Of a stretch of DNA of 64,000 bases, positions 50,234 through 64,000 are shown in pieces. The stretch's first letter is position 1; each line of letters opens with the position of its first letter. The position numbers were made by a program, and so were the translations under genes. The stretch is from Trypethelium eluteriae (taxonomy: Eukaryota), in the NCBI GenBank assembly GCA_051942245.1, contig JAVECL010000021.1, positions 1 through 64,000 of the forward strand, written 5' to 3'. The notes beneath the pieces were generated by a model that was not told where the DNA came from, did no database searches, and saw nothing but the letters and a program-made list of their open reading frames with translations.

Positions 50234-50281
50234 GTCCTGGTCACGGTCCTGGTCACTGTCCTGGTCACTGTCCTGGTCACT
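50234..50281. repeat. 12-bp tandem repeat (GTCCTGGTCACT) x4
   Basis: gtcctggtcacg gtcctggtcact gtcctggtcact gtcctggtcact, between the divergent P450 and methyltransferase genes. Confidence 0.9.
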
Positions 50282-52105
50282 GCCTCTAACCGAGCCATAT
50301 AGACTCTGGTCAACCAATGGTAGTATAAAAGAAAAGTTGAATATCTTGCAGGAGTTCTTACACTCTCTTCTTCAGGAAGAGTACAGCAATAAGGTGCGTC
50401 ATTGAAAGATGCGCCTGTTGTCATCCACTTCACATGCAGAAGAGGAATGACCTAAAGAACTGGGCTTAGTGCTCTGCAATCGGAACACAGTGGTAATACA
50501 TTCTCGGCTCTATTTATTAACGGCTTGAGATTGAGTTTTCTGATGTCACAGCGTACTCTCAATGGTACCGCCGTTAAGTGGGAGCCGTACCAGCTCTACC
50601 ATCTTGCAAATGGTTGGAGAATCAGCTGCATGACAAGCCCCAGTCAGAGGCACATACAGCCTAAGATGAGAAGTACAATGCTATCGATCAAAGATCTGCC
50701 TCTTACCAGTCGAAAATTTTCACGGCATTTGCGCCCCATGAGACATTGGTATTCTCTGCCAGCAGACAAGTGGGTACCTGCTAGACTACTGGGTTGCATG
50801 TCCACGGAGCTTAGTGTTTTAATTCGCTCTTCTGTTCCCCCCTCTTTTCTCGATCTTTCTTGTGGATGATGTATGTCTGCCGCAGATACTGCAAGAGAAA
50901 TAAAGAGATTCGCGACCCATGAGACTATGCATGAAGTCCTTGGCTCAATACTGACCAATGGGTTGAAGTTTAGAGAGCTTGCAAGAATATTCTAGCCGCA
51001 CTTTTATCGATCTAAAGTAGGCGAGTAATAACGGTAATTAGGCTTCATCTCGGAATGCGCATCTTACCGAAAAAGAGGGAGAAAAAAACAAAGAAAAAGA
51101 AAAAATGGTGTGGAGACTGTGCTACCTCAAGATTGATCCATGTCATGAGCGAACGATGCCTTCGACTCTCACGTGGCAGTGATATTGTGCTGCCCGATGT
51201 CGAGTCAATTGGTGCTTTGTTGACGTTTCGCAAACCTGCAAAGGGAAGACGGGCCAGGAAGAAGGACCGGGAAGAAAGTGGATCCGTTTTCCCTCGACTA
51301 CCGCTATCCCTTCCTCTGCTTCTTCAACCGATGAACTTGGGGTGACGCATTCGCGGTCAACGGCGTGCTAGTTACAACTCAACTGCGAATATTATATGTC
51401 GTGTCACCAGCGAGCAGCCATGCAAGGAGGCGCAAACGCTTCCTTCTATTGCGCTATGCTTCATACAGTGCCCCAACCCGGTGGACCCAGCAGCGTTGTA
51501 TACAGCTTGTGTTACGCCCCTTCCAGCATGCTGTAAACCTTCGAATATCAGTATCTTTTCATGTCTGAGTGCACATTTCTTCCCTCGTTGCTCCTTTCAT
51601 CATTAATGTCTCCGGAATAAAGTTCGCCGAACAGCACGATGTCTTCGAAAGGGTCAGGACGGCTGCTACAGTGGCACATACAGGACAGTCCAATTGAGTC
51701 TGTGCAGGTCTTGCCGCGAGACGGGACGGATAAGGAATCGCTACCCGTACAACCTGTGGATGTGGCTGCTGTAGGTCTGAAAGATCATGGATTAGTCCAT
51801 GTGGAAGAGGTCCACATGCGTACAGTCCTGTCAGAGTCGCATAACGCGCCAAAGTGTCTGATCCGGTCTCCTACAGATGCCAACCGCAAGCCTGGTGGCT
51901 GAAATGATACAGAGTTCGGGGCTCAACGGATCAGCAGGCGTAGCCATCAGAAGAGCTGAAGAGGATCTCCAGCCTCTTATTCCGCTTCAGTCAGACGAGG
52001 TAGTCCTTATTTTCCATTTTTCGAGATTGTGTATACTATCTGAAAGATGTCAGTGATGGAAGCTGACCAGAAGTTGCCAAGCAATACCAAGCATTACCGG
52101 CAGGC

Positions 52106-54094
52106 TTGACTGCTGAGAATGCCGATCCGTCACCATTGCCGCCGCCGGATCCACAAATAAGTCTCGACCTCAATGGATTGCATCTGCCGCCAAGCTCAGC
52201 AACGAAAGATGATGGAATGTCGATACCTGCCAGCATACCCCTGTCAAATACGAAATCCGTCGACGGGTTAAGTCCAGACTCCCATAAAGTCAATCACACG
52301 ACGGATGACCTTGAAATCGACTGCAGCCGTGACTCCTCTTCAACCATATCCTCCAGTAAGATCAAAACAGCTGCTGAAATCTTTCGCGAAGGTCAATACA
52401 CATCGCAATCCAACGCAGATGAATGGGAACTATATCATGACAGGAACAATGATACTATGGCGGGTACTCCATCGAGAGACCAGCGACCGATTGCATCCTT
52501 TGAGAAGAGTTCGATTACAGCACCCAGTGCCATACAGGAACACGGATCCATGCCCACACCAGTCAACCACCAAATTTTTGGCAGCTCCAAAAATTTGAGA
52601 AAGGATGATGGAGCGAGAGCTACTGCGGTACTAGAACGAGCTCATCAGTCCGGAACCGGAATTTGTCCTAGCAATTCCGACGTAGCTGATGCCAAACGTA
52701 GCGATGCAGCTGGAGAAGCACCTGGAATTGTAAACAGTCTGTCCAAGTCAACACATATGGATGGATTGACACGATCCTCTGATGTTCATGTGCCTGGTGA
52801 GCACGTCGGCTCGGACGACGTAGACCAGCTATTACCAAAACACTCTTTGTTGGCGTATGAAGAGGATAGCTCACACTCAACCCCATCGAACGAGAGCCTG
52901 AATGAACACCAAGCATCTGCTCCGCTACTGGCTACATCATTGGAAGCCACGGCTCAGACTGAGTCTCCACGGCTCGATTTACCCGCACTCATCCAAGTAG
53001 AAGACAATTGGGATGATACAGACTCTGCCTATAACGATGAAACACAGAGCTATACCACGTCCCTGAAATCGAGTGTGACCAAATTCGAATACGAGAATGG
53101 GCGTAGGTATCATGCTGCGGACGGCCGTTCATGGCACTTTCTCCCAAATGACGATGCAGAAATGGACCGACTGGACCTGTTCCATCACATCATGCACTTG
53201 CGTTGCGACGAGCGTCTGCACCTCGCGCCAATCAACCCTTACTCCCAACGCATCCTAGATCTAGGTACGGGTACTGGAATCTGGGCAGTTATGATGGGCG
53301 AACTCTATGAATCGGCCTCTGTGCTTGGCAATGATCTATCGCCCATACAGCCTACACTAGTTCCACCAAATGTGAGCTTTGAAGTAGATGATATGGAGAA
53401 AGAATGGTGTTACAGCACGTCGTTCGACTATATCCACTGTCGTTACTTGGCTGGAGCGATTCGGGACTGGCCTAAGCTAATGCGGCAAGCCTATGAGTGT
53501 GCACATTCGTACCCATGTGAGAGGAAGACCCTACTAATAGATATCAGGTACACGAAGCCTGGCGGATGGGTTGAGTTCAAGGACTTTACGATGAAATTCT
53601 ATAGCACAGATGGTAGCTATGAAAGGAGCGCTTGTACTTTGGGGGATGAACGTCCCACCCCAACTCCTTCTCCAGACCGCTGGACCACGGAAATCATCAC
53701 TGGAATCAAAAGCCTTGGCTTGGAGCCAGAGCCGGGACCGAAACTTGAAGCCTGGGTCAGAGACACTGGCTTCATCAACGTTGTTCATCATCTCCTGCCC
53801 ATTCCGGTGGGGGACTGGCCAAAGGACAAGAAGCTCAAACGGATCGGCCGAGCGGACCGAACGCAATTTCTTGATGGCCTGGACGCAATTTCCCTCCGAG
53901 TATTTACGACCACTCGAGGCTGGAGACCTGAGGAAGTGCAGGTCTTGCTGGCAGACGTGAGGAGGACGCTTCAGGATCGCATGATCCATGCACAGCATGA
54001 TTTGTAAGAAAACACCATATCTTCGGAGAAAGGACTATCGCTGATCTTAGTCTATAGCCATGTTGTCTACGGGCAACGTCCCTGGAATACATGA
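52106..54094 (+). CDS. SAM-dependent methyltransferase, LaeA-like family, with long disordered N-terminal extension; true start uncertain (may extend to about 51639)
   Basis: TTSLKSSV..FEYENGRRYHA, LPNDDAEMDRLDL, ILDLGTGTGIWA, DLSPIQP, FEVDD, FDYIHCR, KPGGWVEF. Last intron 54004-54057, then HVVYGQRP. Confidence 0.9.
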
Positions 54095-56275
54095 TCCTCC
54101 GTCGTAATCTCATTAATCAAGCCTTTCAGTGTTTGTGGTCTGGGCGACAATAATGCAGATTTGCTTGCAATTGAAGACAGCTTTCCTCGCAGGATGAACC
54201 GCTCAAGAGCTGAATGCCACTGAGGAAGGCGACAGCAGGGCAGCGTCGGGGGAAATCGAAATGCAATCCATAAGTATTGGTTTCTTGGGTTGCTACCGCT
54301 ACGAGCCCTCTCATCCCATATTTGCACTAGATATGAGACACTGGCCGCGTTTTGTGTATGTAAACACCCTCTTAACGGCAGCTATTGTTTCTTGCAGGTT
54401 TGCAGCCACCACGTCCATCCCAGATTTGGCTGGGTATGGTTTCCCAATATCTCAAAATGACAATATACTAGGAACATTCTACAGTTCATCACTCATCCGT
54501 GCCATTTTTGATACCAAGCCTCCAGAGGCGCGCTCACTATTGTCGGACTTCTCTCGCTACTCTGTAAGAAACATCTGATCATCGAAGATAGCATAAAGAT
54601 ACGAAGCCCCGAGATAAAACAGGATGAAGTGATAGACATTCTTCTGGGGTAATGCTATTCCACTCTAACTTTCGTTGTTCCTTCAATTCAACAACTCATC
54701 CGTTCTCTTCTTTCCTTTCTGCGTTGCTTATCTTTCAGCAGTCGTCGCCTGTGCTTGGAGAGCTCGAGGGTCCTTGTCCTAGGTAACCAGGGCACTTAGA
54801 AGAGTATCCAGAACTCGCGACCAGGCTCAGGTCTTTTGCGCAGACTCTCAATGAGTCGTTTGGAAGCCAGCAGCTGCTGCGTCAGGACACACTTACTGTA
54901 CTGTCCGTACCATGGTAGGCAAGGCAGTCAGATGGAGGAGGAAGTCCCCACTAATGGGACTATCAGTGAGGTTTATTTTGATATTTTAGGGCATAATCGG
55001 GGGAAAGGAACGACTCGTCCAAAGTCACTGATTCTGACTCGAAATCTGGAAGCGCGAAAAGGAGACCCTTCCTGGCTGAGAGATATGCCAGAAAGTGTAT
55101 ATCGATTTCTCGAGGTCCTTTGAAGCCATAGATGTTTCAAGTGCCGTCTCTGCACGAAAAGGCCCGGCTTCGTCGGTACTGTCATACCACGAGCGGTTGC
55201 ATGACGTTGTTGGAGCTTGCAAAAGAACCGTGTTGGCTCTTGGTAGCTTGAGTATCTTGTCGCAAACCATCCGTCCCATCTCCCCTTCTAGCTCGGTCAA
55301 CTCCACAAGCAGATTCCGACATGCGGGTTGTAGGGTGCCGCGGTCATTAAACGGTCTGCCTCACTTGATCTTTCAAGATATTCCTTACCTACCAATAGTG
55401 TGCCAAGTATTTGCCTCTACCGGCCCTCCCACCACGTGAGCGATCCTGGCTCGGCTCCGTCTCCTGCTTGACAAGTCCGAATCTCCTTTTCAGGCTGTGA
55501 TTGTCTTTGGAGCACCAAGTGAGGAAAGGCTCTGCAAGCACTGTGTCACCTAGCGGAACGAGCCTAGGTTGACATGGATGTTTCCAAGTCGGAGGGAGAT
55601 GACTTTGGCGGCGGTCCCGACAAAGTATTTGCCTGACAGGGTCGATAATGCACCTGCATTTAAGCGAGTGAGCAAACACGGTACATATGCAAGGCTGATG
55701 GAGTCCCACCAGCATTATCATTAGGCGTCCTGCATTCCGCGCTCGAGCAGTGTGCTGATTGAGCCGATATTTCAAGGGACTACTGCTTTTCCAATCAGAA
55801 GTGGTCAATATCGTCGTATGAGTTGTTTTGATTGAAGCGAGGAAGTGTCGGCAATAAGAATGTAGAGCAGCTGAATCTCCAAGGTAACTTAGCATTTGTC
55901 ACAGAGGGGAAAAACCTTTTTAATTCAACTCGTCATGATATTTGTGGTAGGTATAGGCTACGGCAAGATTACACTATTGAAGACAAAAGAAAGCCGAGAG
56001 CAGAGTTATCGTCGATCCACCATTCATGTGCAAAGCAGGCTTGTACCGTTACCACCAATGCCGGGTATCTCTGTAAGACCGTCCATCATCTAATCCTTGT
56101 GTGCAAGCTCTTGTTCCGTTCAAAGATGCTGGAGACGATTCAAGGTGAAGGTGAAGAAGAGTAAAGAGAGGGCTGCCGGGCATTAAATAGGCTATGAAGT
56201 AGATTTTACTTCTGCTCGCTAGACTCTGCAACCAATATTCAGCACTGTTCCACGATGGGTTTCCATAATCAAGGG

Positions 56276-56707
56276 CTACTTACTGCCCGAGAGAGTGTCT
56301 GTGACGCTCTGAGCAGTGCTGGAAATGGTATCCTGAGCCTGCTGGAGGACAGACTTCGAGTTCTCAGAGGTAGAGTCGGCGGTGCCACGAGTAGAGTCGC
56401 TCAACTTCTGGGTGGTGCTCTTCTCGCCCTCTGGATGGTTGTTAGCTCATGTTTTGGGGTGACGATGTGTAAGTGTGGGAACAGGTTACTTACCAGGCTG
56501 AAGGCTACCAGCGACGCGATCAGCTGTGCCCGTTACACCTTCCTTGGCTTGGTCGAGCGTGGACTTTTGAGAGTCAGGAGTGACCTTCTCCTTGACCTGG
56601 TCGCTGGGGTCCTTGCGACTACAGAAGTCAGTACTTGGTCACAGCAAGTGTCTGGTTGGCTTGGTGACCATGGGAACGACGTTGTGGACGTACAGAGAGT
56701 CTGACAT
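56276..56707 (-). CDS. HSP12: Hsp12/Hsp9-family small stress protein (3 exons; not in the ORF track)
   Basis: Spliced product MSDSL|RKDPSDQVKEKVTPDSQKSTLDQAKEGVTGTADRVAGSLQP|EGEKSTTQKLSDSTRG...TLSGSK*, with canonical GTACGT and GTAAGT donors. Confidence 0.88.
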
Positions 56708-56825
56708 GGCGAATAGTTTGGTGAGATAGAGTCAAGTCTTTGAAATTGCGGTCGAAGGAATCTGGAATTCGGGCTTGTAGTAGAGAGCAGATGGTTGATG
56801 GGTAGGAAGAAGGCGGGGCTCAAGG

Positions 56826-56868
56826 AGGGGCTTTTTGAGGTTGGCTTTGTTGTGATGAGCCTACGTCA
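56826..56868. promoter_or_regulatory. STRE (AGGGG, 56826-56830) and CRE-like (TACGTCA, 56862-56868) sites upstream of the HSP12-like gene
   Basis: Motifs 120-160 bp before the ATG, consistent with known Msn2/Atf1-type control of Hsp12-family genes. A further CCCCT lies at 57144. Confidence 0.45.
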
Positions 56869-59800
56869 CACCTGCCTCAAGTGTCTGGTGACCCTCATCG
56901 CAGATTCACAGCAGCCACCGGTGCCACAGAATTGTCTAGCAGCCACCACTGGCACCGCAGGCATTGGCCTTTCGTGCGGTTCTCATTGGTCTTCTGTGGC
57001 AAAGCGATGGTGGAAGGCGTCGATTAGCCGCATCGCAGCCCCACTCGACGTCATTTTCCGCATCCTGCTCGAATGGCATTCTCGCTGCTTACCACGCTAT
57101 TTTGCAATTTGCCCATCTCTCCGTTTGGGGGTCCTCCGGTCCTCCCCTCTCCACGTAATCACCCAAACTCTGGCATACCTGGTCTGTTTTCACGTGGGGT
57201 GCAGGAGGCTGGGTGGCTGGAAAGATGGCGAAGCTTTGAGACTGTTACTGCCCCCCAGGATTTCACGCTGTGTTTCATTGCTCACCGATACTCACCTTCG
57301 ACTGCCGAACGCAGGTCCACGCCGGATAGAGAGATGTCATAAAACCCAGCCGCTGCCATGCCACACCTGAACTAAATTGTCGGTTTCATGAGACGAGTTT
57401 GAATTGTGGTCTTGTCGTCTGCCCTCTTGTCTCAACGTCTCAACGTCTCAACGAGGTGTGTAGGAAATCCAACCAAATGTTGGACGCGGTTACCCTGTAC
57501 GCTGTACACTCAAGAGAGAAGGAGTGGAGTTGTCTTCAGGCAAAATGGGTCTTTGATGATCAGCAACGGTGGGCAGACCGATTTGCTGGTTTTCAAAAGG
57601 TCATGCAAGTTTGTCTCCGTAAGGTTTGGGTAAAAATACCTTTTACTTTATTGATGTGAGGATTACCTTTCCGTCGATCATTTACTTGACTCAGCTTTTC
57701 CATCCTCCGAGTAAGTCTTCCCGAAGCGGGGCCAACCTTACTCTACATGTTGTTGGAAGCGACAACACTTCGCACCCTTCGGATCTTGCCATTCCAAGAA
57801 CCTTATCATCTGCACCATATGGGCAACTGCAAAGGTAAGCGCATGATTTCCTCTGATCAGCGTACGACACCGACTTCGAAGCCCCCCGAACCCCGATCGT
57901 CGAGACGTTCATTAGTATTGTGCCTAAAAACAAGGATGATCCACATCGAGCGAGGTGCTATGCCAAGCGGGCGTCATATTTCTTTTGTAACTAGGTTGAC
58001 TGCGAACTGAGTATACCTACCTAAAGATATGCAGTCAATGCAGGATCCCCGGGTGGGCTGCGTCCCGACACCGCCGGAGCGCGCTAAAGAATTTGCATGC
58101 ACCGTTTGAACTTGGTTTTCGTATTAATCACCCGATAATAGTAACCCAACTATTTAGCTCATTGATTCGATTTCATGTTGAGGCAGACCCCGAGTAACTG
58201 AAAGAAGGTTCCATGGGAAGAGCTGCCGGCGACCCAGCTCAGCGATTCCTCTGCTCCTGCTGTCCACAAGGCGCTGATAAGGCAGGACCGATCAGCTGCA
58301 CATACTCCACGGGCCGAGAGCCAGGAAAGGCCTACTGAGCAGGCCTTCTCCGAGTGGTTCCAACACTGCTGGGTAGTACATGAGATAATGAACACGTGAG
58401 CGGAAGAATGCATGCCATCGACCGGTTGGTAGACAACGACCGCTATTTTCCAGGATTCTTTGAGGGCCGAACCGCTAAGCACGGGGATGCAGAGGATCCA
58501 GAATCTGGGGTCCCGTGGCCGTGGACGGGGAAATATGGTCGGTCAGGCCACGGACAACTGCCCAAATCTAGGTAATTAGGTTCTTACGGCGCGAAGGCAA
58601 CATTCAACTCCCTTGCGGTCAATAGACACGCGTAAACCCAAAAATTTCCGTAAGCTGTTGGTCAACGGGGGAGGTGTTTCCGTAATATCGTCTAGAGTCC
58701 TGCAGGGTTCGGAGCGAGCGATTGCTTGGCCGATCAATTTCTTCAGCTGAAGTGCTTGCGCTTTCTGCGGTCATAATACAACATACCCCATGCAGAGGGA
58801 TGGATCGACGGCCATGACAGGACCAGGTCTTCGAGATATGTACCACACGACGTGCGCATGGGCGAACAGAGGCACGTTGCATGATGCAAAGCGATCTCTT
58901 CATGTATTGAAGGATCGCGGCTGTTGAGCAGGCGATGCTGGTAGATGCACGTTATGGAGGGGTAAATTCGTGCTAGGAGCACGGTAGTCTGGCATAGTGG
59001 GGACGACCGCCTTGAACATCAAGTTTGATGAAGGACCGAGGGACAATGATCGGCCGCTAAGTGGAGTTCTTTCGTCCACACACGTCAGAGAAAATGACCG
59101 CAAATATTATCGTGAGACTGGTGGCGCGCGCAAAAAGCGGACAAGCATGGAGAGTGGGTACATGGCTGAGAGGTCAATAAGGCCCAGCGATGAGCTGCTC
59201 CTCCATGACTCTACTGCAGGTACGGGTCCCTTCCTCGAAGTGGACGTGCATGCGGCATGAGGTGGCCGCGCGCCATCTTGGTGCACCCTGCTGTGTTACT
59301 GGTTGTGATATCTGTAGAGAAGCATCGCGTGGCCTCGCGAAGCAGCCATGAAGAAGCCATGGAGAAGCCACTGCAAGGTAGCGGTGGTAGTCTGACTCGT
59401 TTCCATCCTGACAAACAAAGGAAGTCGCTCTCGAAACTCGGGCGATCGGCATCATGCTGCGGTCTGTGCCGGCTGTCGAACGTTTCTCTCTTCGGTAGGT
59501 CCACCAGAGATACAGAAGAATCAATTCTGGCCCCGACATGGAAGCTTTCGCCATAACTTCAACACAAGCTTTTAACACGTCTCGGCTCCGCGGAACATTA
59601 ACGCCTTCTAGCGGGGAGAGAATGGTAAACTACGGAGTTCTGACGAAGCGAATGCAACGCTGCGAGCCATTCTGACCTACAGCATTTCCCCCTCTGCGAA
59701 TGGCTGTCTCGGATAATTATATGGGCTTACCTCCCACAGCAGGATTGAGTATAGTCGACAACGCATGATGAAGCAAGCAGCCAAGAGCCATGTGGAGAAC

Positions 59801-61752
59801 AGCACGCGCAACGCCGATCGTGACCCAACCGCCGTAAACTGTCTCGCTGCTAAGACGCTGGCGGCGGAAGCCGTCTCTGCTTAGTCTTCTCGCCGTCGAG
59901 ATCTGACGCGCAAGAGCCGCGCTCCGTAGCTCGCTCTGTAGTGCACATTAGGTAGGCGTTCTTGGAGCAGAGCTTCAAGGCCAGAACACTAAGAACGCCT
60001 TGCGACGCCTTGGAGTCCTTCCAACGTGCAAGAAAACCGAACCCATGGGCAATCTTCTCCTGCTCCAGCCATTCGATATCCAGGATGCAGGTCGTGAGAC
60101 CTCTTAGTGCTGGCCGGGAAAATTATGACCGACACGATCTCATCTCATCTCACCCCTCGTCCCTCATCACTCATCCCTATCATGCCCATTCCTTCCAGAC
60201 GCTAGATAGGTTTGGTGGAATGACACTCGATTGCTGCATCATGCGGGCAGGCGCTTGCTGCTGCAGCATTGACTATGCGCGGGGGCGACAGGACACCTGC
60301 TAGAGATGCTAAAGTTAAAGATAGTTACGGCACGCAGCACGCTCGATAATGCTCGATGAAGTCCCAACAGGCGCATGAGCGACCCAGAATCAGGCAAAAC
60401 CAACCGCGAGTGCCATTGGCTGCATGGTAGCCCTACAGCATCCACCAGGGTCCCCCTCGCTAGCGGGGACGATGGCATCATGGATCTTGACGTCCGGTCT
60501 TCTTCGTAGGGCCGGTGAGCGAAGGTTTGGCTGCTTTGCTTCCTCCACCTTGTGCTTCGCCAGCTCGCCTACGCTTGCGGCACGGCTAGATTGCATCCTC
60601 GCAATGCAAACAGGTGCAGCCCTGACGCGCAGTAGCCCCGAGGGAAGCGCTTGACACCTTCTCTGACCCAACAGGAAGCCAGACGTTGGTCCTGGTGCCC
60701 AAACGAGACAGAGTTTCCGGGTCTCCGGTATGGAACTTCTGGACGGAGATCTCTACCGAAAAGCAGCAAGATGCGAACCTGAGCTCTCATCTCTGTACCA
60801 GTCAAAAGCCACGCCACACCGTGCCAGATCCTTAGCGCTACCAACCTGACAAGGCGTTAGCCCAGCACTCGTCTCATTCCCCGATCAGCCTCTCAGCCAT
60901 CTGACAAGGGTCTAGCACCAATGTTCAAGGTCCGACAAGAGAGTGCTGACTGTAGGGGCGGCTTGGACATGCTGCTACCGTCTGCCCTGCCCACTGTCCC
61001 CCCAAGAGATGGGGGCTGGTTCAGGTGAAAATCTCTTGACTGTTCGCGTTTGCCACTTTTGTTTTGTTACATGGTTATGCATTCCTCCACCACCAGTTCT
61101 CTGTAGCGTAGTCCTGAGCCTGTAACCCCCCAACCTGATAGGCTGTTGGCGAGCTCGAAGCTGTTCTCCGACGTCACCCTGTCTTTCCACACTAAGGTGA
61201 ACCACTTTTTTTCTCGTAGCTGCGAGCCCTTTCCCTCACACCGCAAGCTCGAAGATTGATATTTTAAAGTGCGAGCTTGGACGACGCCGGTACAGCTCTC
61301 TTCCCTGCAGCGCACGAGGCCACCCAAGCGCGGATGATCGCCACTTAAGGTCAGCCCACACTGTCCGCGAAAGCGTCTATTCTTCTTACATTAGCTCTGG
61401 CGTGCTCACTCGCGAACTGGGGTAAAGAGATATCTCGGCCTCCTTCGAACAAAGTACACGGCAAAGCTTCCCCGCGTGTCCTATGTACCGACCTCAATTC
61501 ACTCGTTCCAAAGTCACATCTTTGAACGTTGAACCTCACCTCACCACGGTGAACGTTTCTCCCCAGTGAACCTCCTGACCATTCACCGAGTTCAGCTGGC
61601 CATTTCGAGTAACTGTACCCGGAACTCGTCACGTAACCAGCAAATCAGTTGATGGCAAGAAGGTTGAGCCCACGACTGCTTACCTTCCTCCCTCACTCCA
61701 GCATCTTTGTTTCATGAGACTACTGGATACTGGGCACTGGTGAACCCGCGGA

Positions 61753-63244
61753 ATGGCGTTTGAGTTATCCCACCAACCACCCACTTATGTACCGCCATCG
61801 GGTCCGGCCATTATCGGAGACGGGACGGCTCAGCCTCCAGACCACGACACTACGTCCCAGAATGCGACTTCCTTGAAGAGCAAGAAAAGACCCTCAAAAA
61901 CCAAGACACCTGCCGCTATCAAGCGTTCGGCCTCGACTCCCCATATGCGCAGTCTAGCACAATCCGAATCAGGCGCTGTATCCCCAACTTCTGGGAAAGA
62001 GAGAGCGCGCAATAAGCTAGGATATCAACGAACATCTGTTGCTTGTGGTATGTAGGCATTTCTTTGGTCATCTCTCATATCGCCTCCCCCAAATCTTCTT
62101 CCGCGATTGGACCTCCGATAACGGTTGGTGAGACTGACATGCATCAGGTCACTGCAGGAGAAGGAAAATCAGATGCCTACTGGCGCCTGATGATCCCCAA
62201 GGACGCTGCTCAAACTGTATACGCCTCAAAAAGGAATGTAATTTTTACCCGGTGGACCAACAAGTTCCGACAGGATCGGGCGCGCCGTCATCAAGTAAAG
62301 GTGACACTGGGTCCAGCGGTGCGAACACATCCACCCCTTCTCCCAAAACTCTTCAAACGGCCTCTATAGGCGATCATTCTGATGACTATAATCGCTACTC
62401 CCCTTTCACAACCAATCCACCGCAAGGATACGCCATAGCTCCAGGCATATCCCGTGCTCCTGAAGGTAAGCGGTGGTTTATCTGGTACCTCTATGATGAT
62501 GATCGTTGCTAATGGACTATTCCAGCGCCCCTTTCTGCCGGTGGGTACGCCTTTCATCACGGTGCGCCAGATCCACGGTATGGCTGGCACGAACCCGAGT
62601 ATGCACCACACTCTGCGGTTACAGAGTCGCCTCATGTAGATGGACCTGCTTCAAACTATTGGCGACTCAATGAACAGCCGATTGCTCCAAATACCCAATA
62701 TCCAAAGCGGCCCGAGGGTTCAAGTGAGCAAACTCCAATGCCCGGCTCGGCCCACCACCTGCCTTGGGGGCCACCTCCTACAGAGTCGGGGTATCCACCT
62801 CCTCAGAGATCTCTGTCGTTTCCAGCCATCGAAAACCTCAGTATCCCAGGCAATATGGCCCCATATCCTGTTCAGTCACCACAGGACCCGAGGCGGCCCT
62901 CAAATTATTCTTACACGTCAGTTGACCACGGGAGCACTGGTTCAAGCATTTCGATCCCAGGGTCCAACCCCAGCTCGATGGGCCCTCCAGCACCTGTCCA
63001 GACCCCTACACACTCAACACCCACACATTCACAGTTTCCGTACAAGCAGCAGTGGAGTCCATATCCTCCGCCACCACTTCGCCAAAGTTCACTACCAAGC
63101 CATTCCGAGGGATATGGACCTCAGTGGTACGGTGAGCCAGCACACCTTGGACATGTTGCTGAGGAACCGCCACACAGCGCGCCGCCATTCAACTTGGGCC
63201 CTCAGAACTACTTCACAGGCACCAACCACTCACACGGGCCCTAA
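61753..63244 (+). CDS. Zn(II)2Cys6 transcription factor (3 exons)
   Basis: RNKLGYQRTSVAC|GHCRRRKIRCLLAPDDPQGRCSNCIRLKKECNF; Pro/Ser-rich C-terminus. Confidence 0.92.
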
Positions 63245-64000
63245 TTTGTCATTTTGAGTGTGTAGCTGATTTCACTTGTCCTCAAAACTAGATGTGACGG
63301 TGGCTCTCTGTGAAGCTCTCTGAATCTGTTTCTCTTGAACGATTCTTTATACACTTCTCTAGTCACCAATCGAACTGGCTTTCGGTGGTACTGTGTTGGC
63401 GGAGTTTATCAATCTAGCATATGCTCGCTGTACTTTCTACGACTGACCACAATTTGTCACATAGAACAACTTTTGCATTAAGGTTTTACACGAAAAGCAC
63501 ATGACTAGGGTCACGGACATATGGGAAGTCGCCTGCTAGGGCTCAATATGCACATTTAGGGTATGACATCGGGCGTACGGGCGTGGCATGACGGCAAGCA
63601 GCGGCTTTCGGAAAGAATAGGGCATGGGATGGGACAGGTCCAATCGGGGGAGCACTGGGTTCATCAAACTACGATTCTCTTGTATGATACGGTTTACAGT
63701 TCCGCGTGAATCAGCGGAAAACTCTATATTTGTCTCCACCGCATGACCTCGAACTTGAAATGAGCTCTTGCAGGACCTTTTTGGAAAGTGTGGCGGATTG
63801 TTGACCAATGTCACTGTACAATCCCATTTCTTTTTTCCTGAGAAAACACTTTCAGAAGCCTCCTTGACATTGGTAACATGACTCGCATCGAATGCGATCA
63901 CCACACTCAGTCAATGAGGAAAGCGTGCTGACAAAAGTTAGATCCTACTTCATCTTCCAAACCCAATTGATTTCCTCATCATCGATCATGTGAGCATCGA

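Noticed and set aside
50234..50281. CRISPR-like or coding interpretation (VTRT repeats) of the 12-bp repeat
   Set aside because: A head-to-tail minisatellite with no spacers, in a eukaryotic context, and the host ORF is unsupported.
54261..56231. Possible gene relics between methyltransferase-2 and HSP12
   Set aside because: Short ORFs with no recognisable domain or consistent splice chain.

Overview
Gene-dense, intron-containing genomic DNA from a filamentous ascomycete (Pezizomycotina-type GT-AG introns with CTRAY branch sites). Conserved housekeeping genes: WBP11-like, RPL14, EGD2 (NAC-alpha), ATP7, a Pho85-type cyclin (PCL5/CLG1-like), divergent YIF1/SRP101, divergent SUB2/RPR2, DBF2 kinase, HSP12-like and a Zn2Cys6 transcription factor. 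Accessory genes: a pathogen-related protein, a glycine-zipper protein, two P450s, two LaeA-like methyltransferases and an orphan block at about 27-34 kb. No tRNA, rRNA, CRISPR array or intact transposon was recognised. The most notable signals are: (1) a 482-nt first intron of SUB2 that can fold into a nested multi-branched RNA closed by a perfect 17-bp stem, a candidate undescribed regulatory RNA; (2) a tandem pair of intron-containing retropepsin-like genes, one with a DTG catalytic motif and one apparently dead; (3) a cyclin intron that needs a rare GAG acceptor while an upstream CAG gives a premature stop; (4) seven intergenic copies of TACGGAGTA; (5) repeated GC-rich islands where synonymous usage flips from C-rich to G-rich inside genes. 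All gene models and family calls come from reading the sequence by eye, without database searches.
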